From positions 11,966,001-12,030,000 of the forward strand of contig NC_092680.1 in the NCBI RefSeq assembly GCF_964355755.1: a DNA stretch of 64,000 nucleotides, written 5' to 3'. Position 1 is the first letter of the stretch. The number at the start of each line of letters is the position of its first letter. The stretch is from Antedon mediterranea (lineage: Eukaryota > Animalia > Echinodermata). The position numbers and the translations under genes are program-made. The notes below the pieces were generated by a model. It saw only the letters and a list, made by a program, of their open reading frames with translations. It was not told where the DNA came from and made no database searches. This document shows, one piece after another, positions 24,201-38,170 of this stretch.

Positions 24201-27200
24201 TATATACCATATTAAGCTATTTTGTGCACTTTGATGTTTCTTGTGAAAAGTTTTATCGAAATTCTCAAAATGGTCTAAAACGGTTTCTATTGTGATTTTA
24301 AGCACTTTGATGATTTTGTGTAACCAAGTTTCATCGAAATGTACAAAATGGTCTAAAACGTCTCCAAATGCGATTTGAAGCTCTTCTGTACACTTTGATG
24401 TTTTGTGTGAAAAAGTTTTGTCGAAATTCTCAAAATGGTCTAAAACGTTTTTAAATACGATATTAAGCTGTTTTGTGCACTTTGATGATTTGTGTGAAAA
24501 GTTTTAACGAAATGCTCAAAATGGTCAAAAACGGTTTCTAATGTGATTTTAAGCACTTTGATGTTTTTGTGTAACCAAGTTTTTTCAAAAATCACAAAAT
24601 GGTCTAAAACGTCTCCAAATGCGATTTGAAGCTTTTCTAAGCACTTTGGTGTTTTTATGTTAACAAGTTTTTTCGAAAATCACAAAATAGTCTAAAACGT
24701 CTCAAAATGCGATTTGAAGCTATTCTGTACACTTTGATGTTTTGTGTGAAAAAGTTTTGTCGAAATGCTCAAAATGGTCTAAAACGTTTTTAAAACGATA
24801 TTAAGCTATTTTGTGCTCTTTGATGTTTTTGTGTAACCAAGTTTCATCGAAAATCACAAAATGGTCTAAAACGTCTCAAAATGCGATTTGAAGCTTTTCT
24901 AAGCACTTTGGTGTTTTTATGTTAAGAAGTTTTTTCGAAAATCACGAAATGGTCTAAAATGTCTCCAAATGCGATTTGAAGATATTCTGAGCACTTTGGT
25001 GTTTTTATGTTAAAAAGTTTTTTCGAAAATCACAAAATGGTCTAAAACGTCTCCAAATGCGATTTGAAGCTCTTCTGTACACTTTGATGTTTTGTGTGAA
25101 AAAGTTTTGTCGAAATGCTCAAAATGGTCTAAAACGTTTTTAAATACGATATTAAGCTATTTTGTGCTCTTTGATGTTTTTGTGTAACCAAGTTTCATCG
25201 AAAATCACAAAATGGTCTAAAACGTCTTCAAATGCGATTTGAAGCTATTCTGTACACTTTGATGTTTTGTGTGAAAAAGTTTTGTCAAAATGCTCAAAAT
25301 GGTCTAAAACGTTTTTAAAACGATATTAAGCTATTTTGTGCTCTTTGATGTTTTTGTGTAACCAAGTTTCATCGAAAATCACAAAATGGTCTAAAACGTC
25401 TCCAAATGCGATTTGAAGCTTTTCTAAGCTCTTTGGTGTTTTTATGTTAACAAGTTTTTTCGAAAATCACAAAATGGTCTAAAACGTCTCCAAATGCGAT
25501 TTGAAGCTCTTCTGTACACTTTGATGTTTTGTGTGAAAAAGTTTTGTCGAAATTCTCAAAATGGTCTAAAACGTTTTTAAATACGATATTAAGCTGTTTT
25601 GTGCACTTTTATGATTTGTGTGAAAAGTTTTAACGAAATGCTCAAAATGGTCAAAAACGGTTTGTAATGTGATTTTAAGCACTTTGATGTTCTTGTGTAA
25701 CCAAGTTTTTTCGAAAATCACAAAATGGTCTAAAACGTCTCCAAATGCGATTTGAAGCTTTTCTAAGCACTTTGGTGTTTTTATGTTAACAAGTTTTTTC
25801 GAAAATCACAAAATGGTCTAAAACGTCTCCAAATGCGATTTGAAGATATTCTGAGCCCTTTGGTGTTTTTATGTTAAAAAGTTTTTTCGAAAATCACAAA
25901 ATAGTCTAAAACGTCTCCAAATGCGATTTGAAGCTATTCTGTACACTTTGATGTTTTGTGTGAAAAAGTTTTGTCGAAATGCTCAAAATGGTCTAAAACG
26001 TTTTTAAAACGATATTAAGCTATTTTGTGCTCTTTGATTTTTTTGTGTAACCAAGTTTCATCGAAAATCAAAAAATGGTCTAAAACGTCTCCAAATGCGA
26101 TTTGAAGCTTTTCTAAGCACTTTGGTGTTTTTATGTTAACAAGTTTTTTCGAAAATCACGAAATGGTCTTAAATGTCTCCAAATGCGATTTGAAGATATT
26201 CTGAGCACTTTGATGTTTTTGTGTGAAAAGTTTTATCGAAATGCTCAAAATGGTCTAAAACGGTTTCTAATGCGATTTGAAGCTATTCTGTACACTTTGA
26301 AGTTTTTTGTGAAAAAGTTTTCTCGAAATGCTCAAAATGGTCTAAAACGTTTTTATATACCATATTAAGCTATTTTGTGCACTTTTATGTTTTGTGTGAA
26401 AAAGTTTTGTCGAAATTCTCAAAATGGTCTAAAACGTTTTTAAATACGATAATAAGCTGTTTTGTGCACTTTGATGATTTGTGTGAAAAGTTTTAACGAA
26501 ATGCTCAAAATGGTCAAAAACGTTTTCTAATGTGATTTTAAGCACTTTGATGTTTTTGTGTAACCAAGTTTTTTCAAAAATCACAAAATGGTCTAAAACG
26601 TCTCCAAATGCGATTTTAAGCTTTTCTAAGCACTTTTGTGTTTTTATGTTAACAAGTTTTTTCGAAAATCACAAAATGGTCTAAAACGTCTCCAAATGCG
26701 ATTTGAAGATATTCTGAGCACTTTGGTGTTTTTATGTTAAAAAGTTTTTTCGAAAATCACAAAATAGTCTAAAACGTCTCCAAATTCGATTTGAAGCTAT
26801 TCTGTACACTTTGATGTTTTGTGTGAAAAAGTTTTGTCGAAATGCTCAAAATGGTCTAAAACGTTTTTAAAACGATATTAAGCTATTTTGTGCTCTTTGA
26901 TGTTTTTGTGTAACCAAGTTTCATCGAAAATCACAAAATGGTCTAAAACGTCTCCAAATGCGATTTGAAGCTTTTCTAAGCACTTTGGTGTTTTTATGTT
27001 AACAAGTTTTTTCGAAAATCACGAAATGGTCTAAAATGTCTCCAAATGCGATTTGAAGATATTCTGAGCACTTTGGTGTTTTTATGTTAAACAGTTTTTT
27101 CGAAATTCACAAAATGGTCTAAAACGTCTCCAAATGCGATTTGAAGCTCTTCTGTACACTTTGATGTTTTGTGTGAAAAAGTTTTAACGAAATGCTCAAA

Positions 27201-30200
27201 ATGGTCTAAAACGGTTTCTAATGCGATTTGAAGCTATTCTGTACACTTTGAAGTTTTTTGTGAAAAAGTTTTCTCGAAATGCTCAAAATGGTCTAAAACG
27301 TTTTTATATACCATATTAAGCTATTTTGTGCACTTTGATGTTTTTTGTGAAAAGTTTTATCGAAATGCTCAAAATGGTCTAAAACGGTTTCTATTGTGAT
27401 TTTAAGCACTTTGATGATTTTGTGTAACCAAGTTTCATCGAAATGTACAAAATGGTCTAAAACGTCTCCAAATGCGATTTGAAGCTATTCTAAGTACTTT
27501 TGTGGTTTTATGTTAACAAGTTTTTTCGAAAATCACAAAATGGTCTAAAACGTCTTCAAATGCGATTTGAAGCTATTCTGTACACTTTGATGTTTTGTGT
27601 GAAAAAGTTTTGTCGAAATGCTCAAAATGGTCTAAAACGTTTTTAAATACGATATTAAGCCATTTTGTGATCTTTGATGTTTTTGTGTGAAAAGTTTTAT
27701 CGAAATGCTCAAAATGGTCTAAAACGGTTTCTATTGTGATTTTAAGCACTTTGATGATTTTGTGTAACCAAGTTTCATCGAAATGTACAAAATGGTCTAA
27801 AACGTCTCCAAATGCGATTTGAAGCTATTCTAAGTACTTTCGTGTTTTTATGTTAACAAGTTTTTTCGAAAATCACAAAATGGTCTAAAACGTCTTCAAA
27901 TGCGATTTGAAGCTATTCTGTACACTTTGATGTTTTGTGTGAAAAAGTTTTGTCAAAATGCTCAAAATGGTCTAAAACGTTTTTAAAACGATATTAAGCT
28001 ATTTTGTGCTCTTTGATGTTTTTGTGTAACCAAGTTTCATCGAAAATCACAAAATGGTCTAAAACGTCTCCAAATGCGATTTGAAGCTTTTCTAAGCTCT
28101 TTGGTGTTTTTATGTTAACAAGTTTTTTCGAAAATCACAAAATGGTCTAAAACGTCTCCAAATGCGATTTGAAGCTCTTCTGTACACTTTGATGTTTTGT
28201 GTGAAAAAGTTTTGTCGAAATTCTCAAAATGTTCTAAAACGTTTTTAAATACGATATTAAGCTGTTTTGTGCACTTTGATGATTTGTGTGAAAAGTTTTA
28301 ACGAAATGCTCAAAATGGTCAAAAACGGTTTCTAATGTGATTTTAAGCACTTTGATGTTTTTGTGTAACCAAGTTTTTTCGAAAATCACAAAATGGTCTA
28401 AAACGTCTCCAAATGCGATTTGAAGCTTTTCTAAGCACTTTGGTGTTTTTATGTTAACAAGTTTTTTCGAAAATCACAAAATGGTCTAAAACGTCTCCAA
28501 ATGCGATTTGAAGCTCTTCTGTACACTTTGATGTTTTGTGTGAAAAAGTTTTTTCGAAATTCTCAAAATGGTCTAAAACGTTTTTAAATACGATATTAAG
28601 CTGTTTTGGGCACTTTGATGATTTGTGTGAAAAGTTTTAACGAAATGCTCAAAATGGTCAAAAACGGTTTCTAATGTGATTTTAAGCACTTTGATGTTTT
28701 TGTGTAACCAAGTTTTTTCGAAAATCACAAAATGGTCTAAAACGTCTCCAAATGCGATTTGAAGCTTTTCTAAGCACTTTGGTGTTTTTATGTTAACAAG
28801 TTTTTTCAAAAATCACAAAATGGTCTAAAACGTCTCCAAATGCGATTTGAAGATATTCTGAGCACTTTGGTGTTTTTATGTTCAAAAGTTTTTTCGAAAA
28901 TCACAAAATAGTCTAAAACGTCTCCAAATGCGATTTGAAGCTATTCTGTACACTTTGATGTTTTGTGTGAAAAAGTTTTGTCGAAATGCTCAAAATGGTC
29001 TAAAACGTTTTTAAAACGATATTAAGCTATTTTGTGCTCTTTGATGTTTTTGTGTAACCAAGTTTCATCGAAAATCACAAAATGGTCTAAAACGTCTCCA
29101 AATGCGATTTGAAGCTTTTCTAAGCACTTTGGTGTTTTTATGTTAACAAGTTTTTTCGAAAATCACGAAATGGTCTAAAATGTCTCCAAATGCGATTTGA
29201 AGATATTCTGAGCACTTTGGTGTTTTTATGTTAAAATGTTTTTTCGAAAATCACAAAATGGTCTAAAACGTCTCCAAATGCGATTTGAAGCTCTTCTGTA
29301 CACTTTGATGTTTTGTGTGAAAAAGTTTTGTCGAAATGCTCAAAATGGTCTAAAACGTTTTTAAATACGATATTAAGCTGTTTTGTGCAGTTTGATGATT
29401 TGCGTGAAAAGTTTTAACGAAATGCTCAAAATGGTCTAAAAGGGTTTCTAATGCGATTTGAAGCTATTCTGTACACTTTGAAGTTTTTTGTGAAAAAGTT
29501 TTCTCGAAATGCTCAAAATGGTCTAAAACGTTTTTATATACCATATTAAGCTATTTTGTGCACTTTGATGTTTTTTGTGAAAAGTTTTATCGAAATGCTC
29601 AAAATAGTCTGAAACGGTTTCTATTGTGATTTTAAGCACTTTGATGATTTTGTGTAACCAAGTTTCATCGAAATGTACAAAATGGTCTAAAACGTCTCCA
29701 AATGCGATTTGAAGCTATTCTAAGTACTTTTGTGTTTTTATGTTAAAAGTTTTTTCGAAAATCACGAAATGGTCTAAAATGTCTCCAAATGCGATTTGAA
29801 GATATTCTGAGCACTTTGGTGTTTTTATGTTAAAAAGTTTTGTCGAAATGCTCAAAATGGTCTAAAACGTTTTTAAATACGATATTAAGCTATTTTGTGA
29901 TCTTTGATGTTTTTGTGTGAAAAGTTTTATCGAAATGCTCAAAATGGTCTGAAACGGTTTCTATTGTGATTTTAAGCACTTTGATGATTTTGTGTAATCA
30001 AGTTTCATCGAAATGTACAAAATGGTCTAAAACGTCTCAAAATGCAATTTGAAGCTATTCTAAGTACTTTTGTGTTTTTATGTTAACAAGTTTTTTCGAA
30101 AATCACAAAATGGTCTAAAACGTCTTCAAATGCGATTTGAAGCTATTCTGTACACTTTGATGTTTTGTGTGAAAAAGTTTTGTCAAAATGCTCAAAATGG

Positions 30201-33200
30201 TCTAAAACGTTTTTAAAACGATATTAAGCTATTTTGTGCTCTTTGATGTTTTTGTGTAACCAAGTTTCATCGAAAATCACAAAATGGTCTAAAACGTCTC
30301 CAAATGCGATTTGAAGCTTTTCTAAGCACTTTGGTGTTTTTATGTTAACAAGTTTTTTCGAAAATCACAAAATGGTCTAAAACGTCTGCAAATGCGATTT
30401 GAAGATATTCTGAGCACTTTGGTGTTTTTATGTTCAAAAGTTTTTTCGAAAATCACAAAATAGTCTAAAACGTCTCCAAATGCGATTTGAAGCTATTCTG
30501 TACACTTTGATGTTTTGTGTGAAAAAGTTTTGTCGAAATGCTCAAAATGGTCTAAAACGTTTTTAAAACGATATTAAGCTATTTTGTGCTCTTTGATGTT
30601 TTTGTGTAACCAAGTTTCATCGAAAATCACAAAATGGTCTAAAACGTCTCCAAATGCGATTTGAAGCTTTTCTAAGCACTTTGGTGTTTTTATGTTAACA
30701 AGTTTTTTCGAAAATCACGAAATGGTCTAAAATGTCTCCAAATGCGATTTGAAGATATTCTGAGCACTTTGGTGTTTTTATGTTAAAACGTTTTTTCGAA
30801 AATCACAAAATGGTCTAAAACGTCTCCAAATGCGATTTGAAGCTCTTCTGTACACTTTGATGTTTTGTGTGAAAAAGTTTTGTCGAAATGCTCAAAATGG
30901 TCTAAAACGTTTTTAAATACGATATTAAGCTGTTTTGTGCAGTTTGATGATTTGTGTGAAAAGTTTTAACGAAATGCTCAAAATGGTCTAAAACGGTTTC
31001 TAATGCGATTTGAAGCTATTCTGTACACTTTGAAGTTTTTTTGTGAAAAAGTTTTCTCGAAATGCTCAAAATGGTCTAAAACGTTTTTATATACCATATT
31101 AAGCTATTTTGTGCACTTTGATGTTTTTTGTGAAAAGTTTTATCGAAATGCTCAAAATAGTCTGAAACGGTTTCTATTGTGATTTTAAGCACTTTGATGA
31201 TTTTGTGTAACCAAGTTTCATCGAAATGTACAAAATGGTCTAAAACGTCTCCAAATGCGATTTGAAGCTATTCTAAGTACTTTTGTGTTTTTATGTTAAC
31301 AAGTTTTTTCGAAAATCACGAAATGGTCTAAAATGTCTCCAAATGCGATTTGAAGATATTCTGAGCACTTTGGTGTTTTTATGTTAAAAAGTTTTGTCGA
31401 AATGCTCAAAATGGTCTAAAACGTTTTTAAATACGATATTAAGCTATTTTGTGATCTTTGATGTTTTTGTGTGAAAAGTTTTATCGAAATGCTCAAAATG
31501 GTCTAAAACGGTTTCTATTGTGATTTTAAGCACTTTGATGATTTTGTGTAACCAAGTTTCATCGAAATGTACAAAATGGTCTAAAACGTCTCCAAATGCG
31601 ATTTGAAGCTATTCTAAGTACTTTTGTGTTTTTATGTTAACAAGTTTTTTCGAAAATCACAAAATGGTCTAAAACGTCTTCAAATGCGATTTGAAGCTAT
31701 TCTGTACACTTTGATGTTTTGTGTGAAAAAGTTTTGTCAAAATGCTCAAAATGGTCTAAAACGTTTTTAAAACGATATTAAGCTATTTTGTGCTCTTTGA
31801 TGTTTTTGTGTAACCAAGTTTCATCGAAAATCACAAAATGGTCTAAAACGTCTCCAAATGCGATTTGAAGCTTTTCTAAGCACTTTGGTGTTTTTATGTT
31901 AACAAGTTTTTTCGAAAATCACGAAATGGTCTAAAATGTCTCATAATGCGATTTGAAGATATTCTGAGCACTTTGGTGTTTTTATGTTAAAAAGTTTTTT
32001 CGAAAATCACAAAATGGTCTAAAACGTCTCCAAATGCGATTTGAAGCTCTTCTGTACACTTTGATGTTTTGTGTGAAAAAGTTTTGTAGATATGCTCAAA
32101 ATGGTCTAAAACGTTTTTAAATACGATATTAAGCTGTTTTGTGCACTTTAATGATTTGTGTGAAAAGTTTTAACGAAATGCTCAAAATGGTCTAAAACGG
32201 TTTCTAATGTGATTTTAAGCACTTTGATGTTTTTGTGTAACCAAGTTTTTTCGAAAATCACAAAATGGTCTAAAACGTCTCCAAATGCGATTTGAAGCTT
32301 TTCTAAGCACTTTGGTGTTTTTATGTTAACAAGTTTTTTCGAAAATCACAAAATGGTCTAAAACGTCTCCAAATGCGATTTGAGGATATTCTGAGCACTT
32401 TGGTGTTTTTATGTTAAAAAGTTTTTTCGAAAATCACAAAATGGTCTAAAACGTCTCCAAATGCGATTTGAAGCTATTCTGTACACTTTGATGTTTTGTG
32501 TGAAAAAGTTTTGTCGAATTGCTCAAAATGGTCTAAAACGTTTTTAAAACGATATTAAGCTATTTTGTGCTCTTTGATGTTTTTGTGTAACCAAGTTTCA
32601 TCGAAAATCACAAAATGGTCTAAAACGTCTCAAAATGCGATTTGAAGCTTTTCTAAGCACTTTGGTGTTTTTATGTTAAGAAGTTTTTTCGAAAATCACG
32701 AAATGGTCTAAAATGTCTCCAAATGCGATTTGAAGATATTCTGAGCTCTTTGGTGTTTTTATGTTAAAAAGTTTTTTCGAAAATCACAAAATGGTCTAAA
32801 ACGTCTCCAAATGCGATTTGAAGCTCTTCTGTACACTTTGATGTTTTGTGTGAAAAAGTTTTGTCGAAATGCTCAAAATGGTCTAAAACGTTTTTAAATA
32901 CGATATTAAGCTATTTTGTGCTCTTTGATGTTTTTGTGTAACCAAGTTTCATCGAAAATCACAAAATGGTCTAAAACGTCTTCAAATGCGATTTGAAGCT
33001 ATTCTGTACACTTTGATGTTTTGTGTGAAAAAGTTTTGTCGAAATGCTCAAAATGGTCTAAAACGTTTTTAAATACGATATTAAGCTATTTTGTGATCTT
33101 TGATGTTTTTGTGTGAAAAGTTTTATCGAAATGCTCAAAATGGTCTAAAACGGTTTCTAATGCGATTTGAAGCTATTCTGTACACTTTGAAGTTTTGTGT

Positions 33201-36200
33201 GAAAAAGTTTTCTCGAAATGCTCAAAATGGTCTAAAACGTTTTTATATACCATATTAAGCTATTTTGTGCACTTTGATGTTTTTTGTGAAAAGTTTTATC
33301 GAAATGCTCAAAATGGTCTAAAACGGTTTCTATTGTGATTTTAAGCACTTTGATGATTTTGTGTAACCAAGTTTCATCGAAATGTACAAAATGGTCTAAA
33401 ACGTCTCCAAATGCGATTTGAAGCTATTCTAAGTACTTTTGTGTTTTTATGTTAACAAGTTTTTTCGAAAATCACAAAATGGTCTAAAACGTCTTCAAAT
33501 GCGATTTGAAGCTATTCTGTACACTTTGATGTTTTGTGTGAAAAAGTTTTGTCGAAATGCTCAAAATGGTCTAAAACGTTTTTAAATACGATATTAAGCT
33601 ATTTTGTGATCTTTGATGTTTTTGTGTGAAAAGTTTTATCAAAATGCTCAAAATGGTCTGAAACGGTTTCTAATGCGATTTGAAGCTATTCTGTACACTT
33701 TGAAGTTTTGTGTGAAAAAGTTTTCTCGAAATGCTCAAAATGGTCTAAAACGTTTTTATATACCATATTAAGCTATTCTGTACACTTTGATGTTTTGTGT
33801 GAAAAAGTTTTGTCAAAATGCTCAAAATGGTCTAAAACGTTTTTAAAACGATATTAAGCTATTTTGTGCTCTTTGATGATTTTGTGTAACCAAGTTTCAT
33901 CGAAATGTACAAAATGGTCTAAAACGTCTCCAAATGCGATTTGAAGCTATTCTAAGTACTTTTGTGTTTTTATGTTAACAAGTTTTTTCGAAAATCACAA
34001 AATGGTCTAAAACGTCTTCAAATGCGATTTGAAGCTATTCTGTACACTTTGATGTTTTGTGTGAAAAAGTTTTGTCGAAATGCTCAAAATGGTCTAAAAC
34101 GTTTTTAAATACGATATTAAGCTATTTTGTGATCTTTGATGTTTTTGTGTGAAAAGTTTTATCGAAATGCTCAAAATGGTCTGAAACGGTTTCTAATGCG
34201 ATTTGAAGCTATTCTGTACACTTTGAAGTTTTTTGTGAAAAAGTTTTCTCGAAATGCTCAAAATGGTCTAAAACGTTTTTATATACCATATTAAGCTATT
34301 TTGTGCACTTTGATGTTTTTTGTGAAAAGTTTTATCGAAATGCTCAAAATGGTCTAAAACGGTTTCTATTGTGATTTTAAGCACTTTGATGATTTTGTGT
34401 AACCAAGTTTCATCGAAATGTACAAAATGGTCTAAAACGTCTCCAAATGCGATTTGAAGCTATTCTAAGTACTTTTGTGTTTTTATGTTAACAAGTTTTT
34501 TCGAAAATCACAAAATGGTCTAAAACGTCTTCAAATGCGATTTGAAGCTATTCTGTACACTTTGATGTTTTGTGTGAAAAAGTTTTGTCAAAATGCTCAA
34601 AATGGTCTAAAACGTTTTTAAAACGATATTAAGCTATTTTGTGCTCTTTGATGTTTTTGTGTAACCAAGTTTCATCGAAAATCACAAAATGGTCTAAAAC
34701 GTCTCCAAATGCGATTTGAAGCTTTTCTAAGCACTTTGGTGTTTTTATGTTAACAAGTTTTTTCGAAAATCACGAAATGGTCTAAAATGTCTCCAAATGC
34801 GATTTGAAGATATTCTGAGCACTTTGGTGTTTTTATGTTAAAAAGTTTTTTCGAAAATCACAAAATGGTCTAAAACGTCTCCAAATGCGATTTGAAGCTC
34901 TTCTGTACACTTTGATGTTTTGTGTGAACAAGTTTTGTAGATATGCTCAAAATGGTCTAAAACGTTTTTAAATACGATATTAAGCTGTTTTGTGCACTTT
35001 AATGATTTGTGTGAAAAGTTTTAACGAAATGCTCAAAATGGTCTAAAACGGTTTCTAATGTGATTTTAAGCACTTTGATGTTTTTGTGTAACCAAGTTTT
35101 TTCGAAAATCACAAAATGGTCTAAAACGTCTCCAAATGCGATTTGAAGCTTTTCTAAGCACTTTGGTGTTTTTATGTTAACAAGTTTTTTCGAAAATCAC
35201 AAAATGGTCTAAAACGTCTGCAAATGCGATTTGAGGATATTCTGAGCACTTTGGTGTTTTTATGTTAAAAAGTTTTTTCGAAAATCACAAAATGGTCTAA
35301 AACGTCTCCAAATGCGATTTGAAGCTATTCTGTACACTTTGATGTTTTGTGTGAAAAAGTTTTGTCGAAATGCTCAAAATGGTCTAAAACGTTTTTAAAA
35401 CGATATTAAGCTATTTTGTGCTCTTTGATGTTTTTGTGTAACCAAGTTTCATCGAAAATCACAAAATGGTCTAAAACGTCTCAAAATGCGATTTGAAGCT
35501 TTTCTAAGCACTTTGGTGTTTTTATGTTAAGAAGTTTTTTCGAAAATCACGAAATGGTCTAAAATGTCTCCAAATGCGATTTGAAGATATTCTGAGCTCT
35601 TTGGTGTTTTTATGTTAAAAAGTTTTTTTCGAAAATCACAAAATGGTCTAAAACGTCTCCAAATGCGATTTGAAGCTCTTCTGTACACTTTGATGTTTTG
35701 TGTGAAAAAGTTTTGTCGAAATGCTCAAAATGGTCTAAAACATTTTTAAATACGATATTAAGCTATTTTGTGCTCTTTGATGTTTTTGTGTAACCAAGTT
35801 TCATCGAAAATCACAAAATGGTCTAAAACGTCTTCAAATGCGATTTGAAGCTATTCTGTACACTTTGATGTTTTGTGTGAAAAAGTTTTGTCAAAATGCT
35901 CAAAATGGTCTAAAACGTTTTTAAAACGATATTAAGCTATTTTGTGCTCTTTGATGTTTTTGTGTAACCAAGTTTCATCGAAAATCACAACATGGTCTAA
36001 AACGTCTCCAAATGCGATTTGAAGCTTTTCTAAGCACTTTGGTGTTTTTATGTTAACAAGTTTTTTCGAAAATCACAAAATGGTCTAAAACGTCTCCAAA
36101 TGCGATTTGAAGCTCTTCTGTACACTTTGATGTTTTGTGTGAAAAAGTTTTGTCGAAATTCTCAAAATGGTCTAAAACGTTTTTAAATACGATATTAAGC

Positions 36201-37239
36201 TGTTTCGGGCACTTTGATGATTTGTGTGAAAAGTTTTAACGAAATGCTCAAAATGGTCAAAAACGGTTTCTAATGTGATTTTAAGCACTTTGATGTTTTT
36301 GTGTAACCAAGTTTTTTCGAAAATCACAAAATGGTCTAAAACGTCTCCAAATACGATTTGAAGCTTTTCTAAGAACTTTGGTGTTTTTATGTTAACAAGT
36401 TTTTTCGAAAATCACAAAATGGTCTAAAACGTCTCCAAATGCGATTTGAAGATATTCTGAGCACTTTGGTGTTTTTATGTTAAAAAGTTTTGTCGAAATG
36501 CTCAAAATGGTCTAAAACGTTTTTAAATACGATATTAAGCTATTTTGTGATCTTTGATGTTTTTGTGTGAAAAGTTTTATCGAAATGCTCAAAATGGTCT
36601 GAAACGGTTTCTAATGCGATTTGAAGCTATTCTGTACACTTTGAAGTTTTTTGTGAAAAAGTTTTATCGAAATGCTCAAAATGGTCTAAAACGTTTTTAT
36701 ATACCATATTAAGCTATTTTGTGCACTTTGATGTTTCTTGTGAAAAGTTTTATCGAAATGCTCAAAATGGTCTAAAACGGTTTCTATTGTGATTTTAAGC
36801 ACTTTGATGATTTTGTGTAACCAAGTTTCATCGAAATGTACAAAATGGTCTAAAACGTCTCCAAATGCGATTTGAAGCTATTCTAAGTACTTTTGTGTTT
36901 TTATGTTAACAAGTTTTTTCGAAAATCACAAAATGGTCTAAAACGTCTTCAAATGCGATTTGAAGCTATTCTGTACACTTTGATGTTTTGTGTGAAAAAG
37001 TTTTGTCAAAATGCTCAAAATGGTCTAAAACGTTTTTAAAACGATATTAAGCTATTTTGTGCTCTTTGATGTTTTTGTGTAACCAAGTTTCATCGAAAAT
37101 CACAAAATGGTCTAAAACGTCTCCAAATGCGATTTGAAGCTTTTCTAAGCACTTTGGTGTTTTTATGTTAACAAGTTTTTTCGAAAATCACGAAATGGTC
37201 TAAAATGTCTCCAAATGCGATTTGAAGATATTCTTAGCA

Positions 37240-38170
37240 CTTTGGTGTTTTTATGTTAAAAAGTTTTTTCGAAAATCACAAAATGGTCTAAAACGTCTCC
37301 AAATGCGATTTGAAGCTCTTCTGTACACTTTGATGTTTTGTGTGAAAAAGTTTTGTAGATATGCTCAAAATGGTCTAAAACGTTTTTAAATACGATATTA
37401 AGCTGTTTTGTGCACTTTAATGATTTGTGTGAAAAGTTTTAACGAAATGCTCAAAATGGTCTAAAACGGTTTCTAATGTGATTTTAAGCACTTTGATGTT
37501 TTTGTGTAACCAAGTTTTTTCGAAAATCACAAAATGGTCTAAAACGTCTCCAAATGCGATTTGAAACTTTTCTAAGCACTTTGGTGTTTTTATGTTAACA
37601 AGTTTTTTCGAAAATCACAAAATGGTCTAAAAGGTCTCCAAATGCGATTTGAGGATATTCTGAGCACTTTGGTGTTTTTATGTTAAAAAGTTTTTTCGAA
37701 AATCACAAAATGGTCTAAAACGTCTCCAAATGCGATTTGAAGCTCTTCTGTACACTTTGATGTTTTGTGTGAAAAAGTTTTGTAGATATGCTCAAAATGG
37801 TCTAAAACGTTTTTAAATACGATATTAAGCTGTTTTGTGCACTTTAATGATTTGTGTGAAAAGTTTTAACGAAATGCTCAAAATGGTCTAAAACGGTTTC
37901 TAATGTGATTTTAAGCACTTTGATGTTTTTGTGTAACCAAGTTTTTTCGAAAATCACAAAATGGTCTAAAACGTCTCCAAATGCGATTTGAAACTTTTCT
38001 AAGCACTTTGGAGTTTTTATGTTAACAAGTTTTTTCGAAAATCACAAAATGGTCTAAAAGGTCTCCAAATGCGATTTGAGGATATTCTGAGCACTTTGGT
38101 GTTTTTATGTTAAAAAGTTTTTTCGAAAATCACAAAATGGTCTAAAACGTCTCCAAATGCGATTTGAAGC
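37240..38170. repeat. 427-bp (5-mer) tandem duplication
   Basis: GTAGATATG at 37355/37782, GAAACTTTTC at 37563/37990 and AAGGTCTCC at 37631/38058. 427 = 87+86+78+88+88. Confidence 0.9.
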
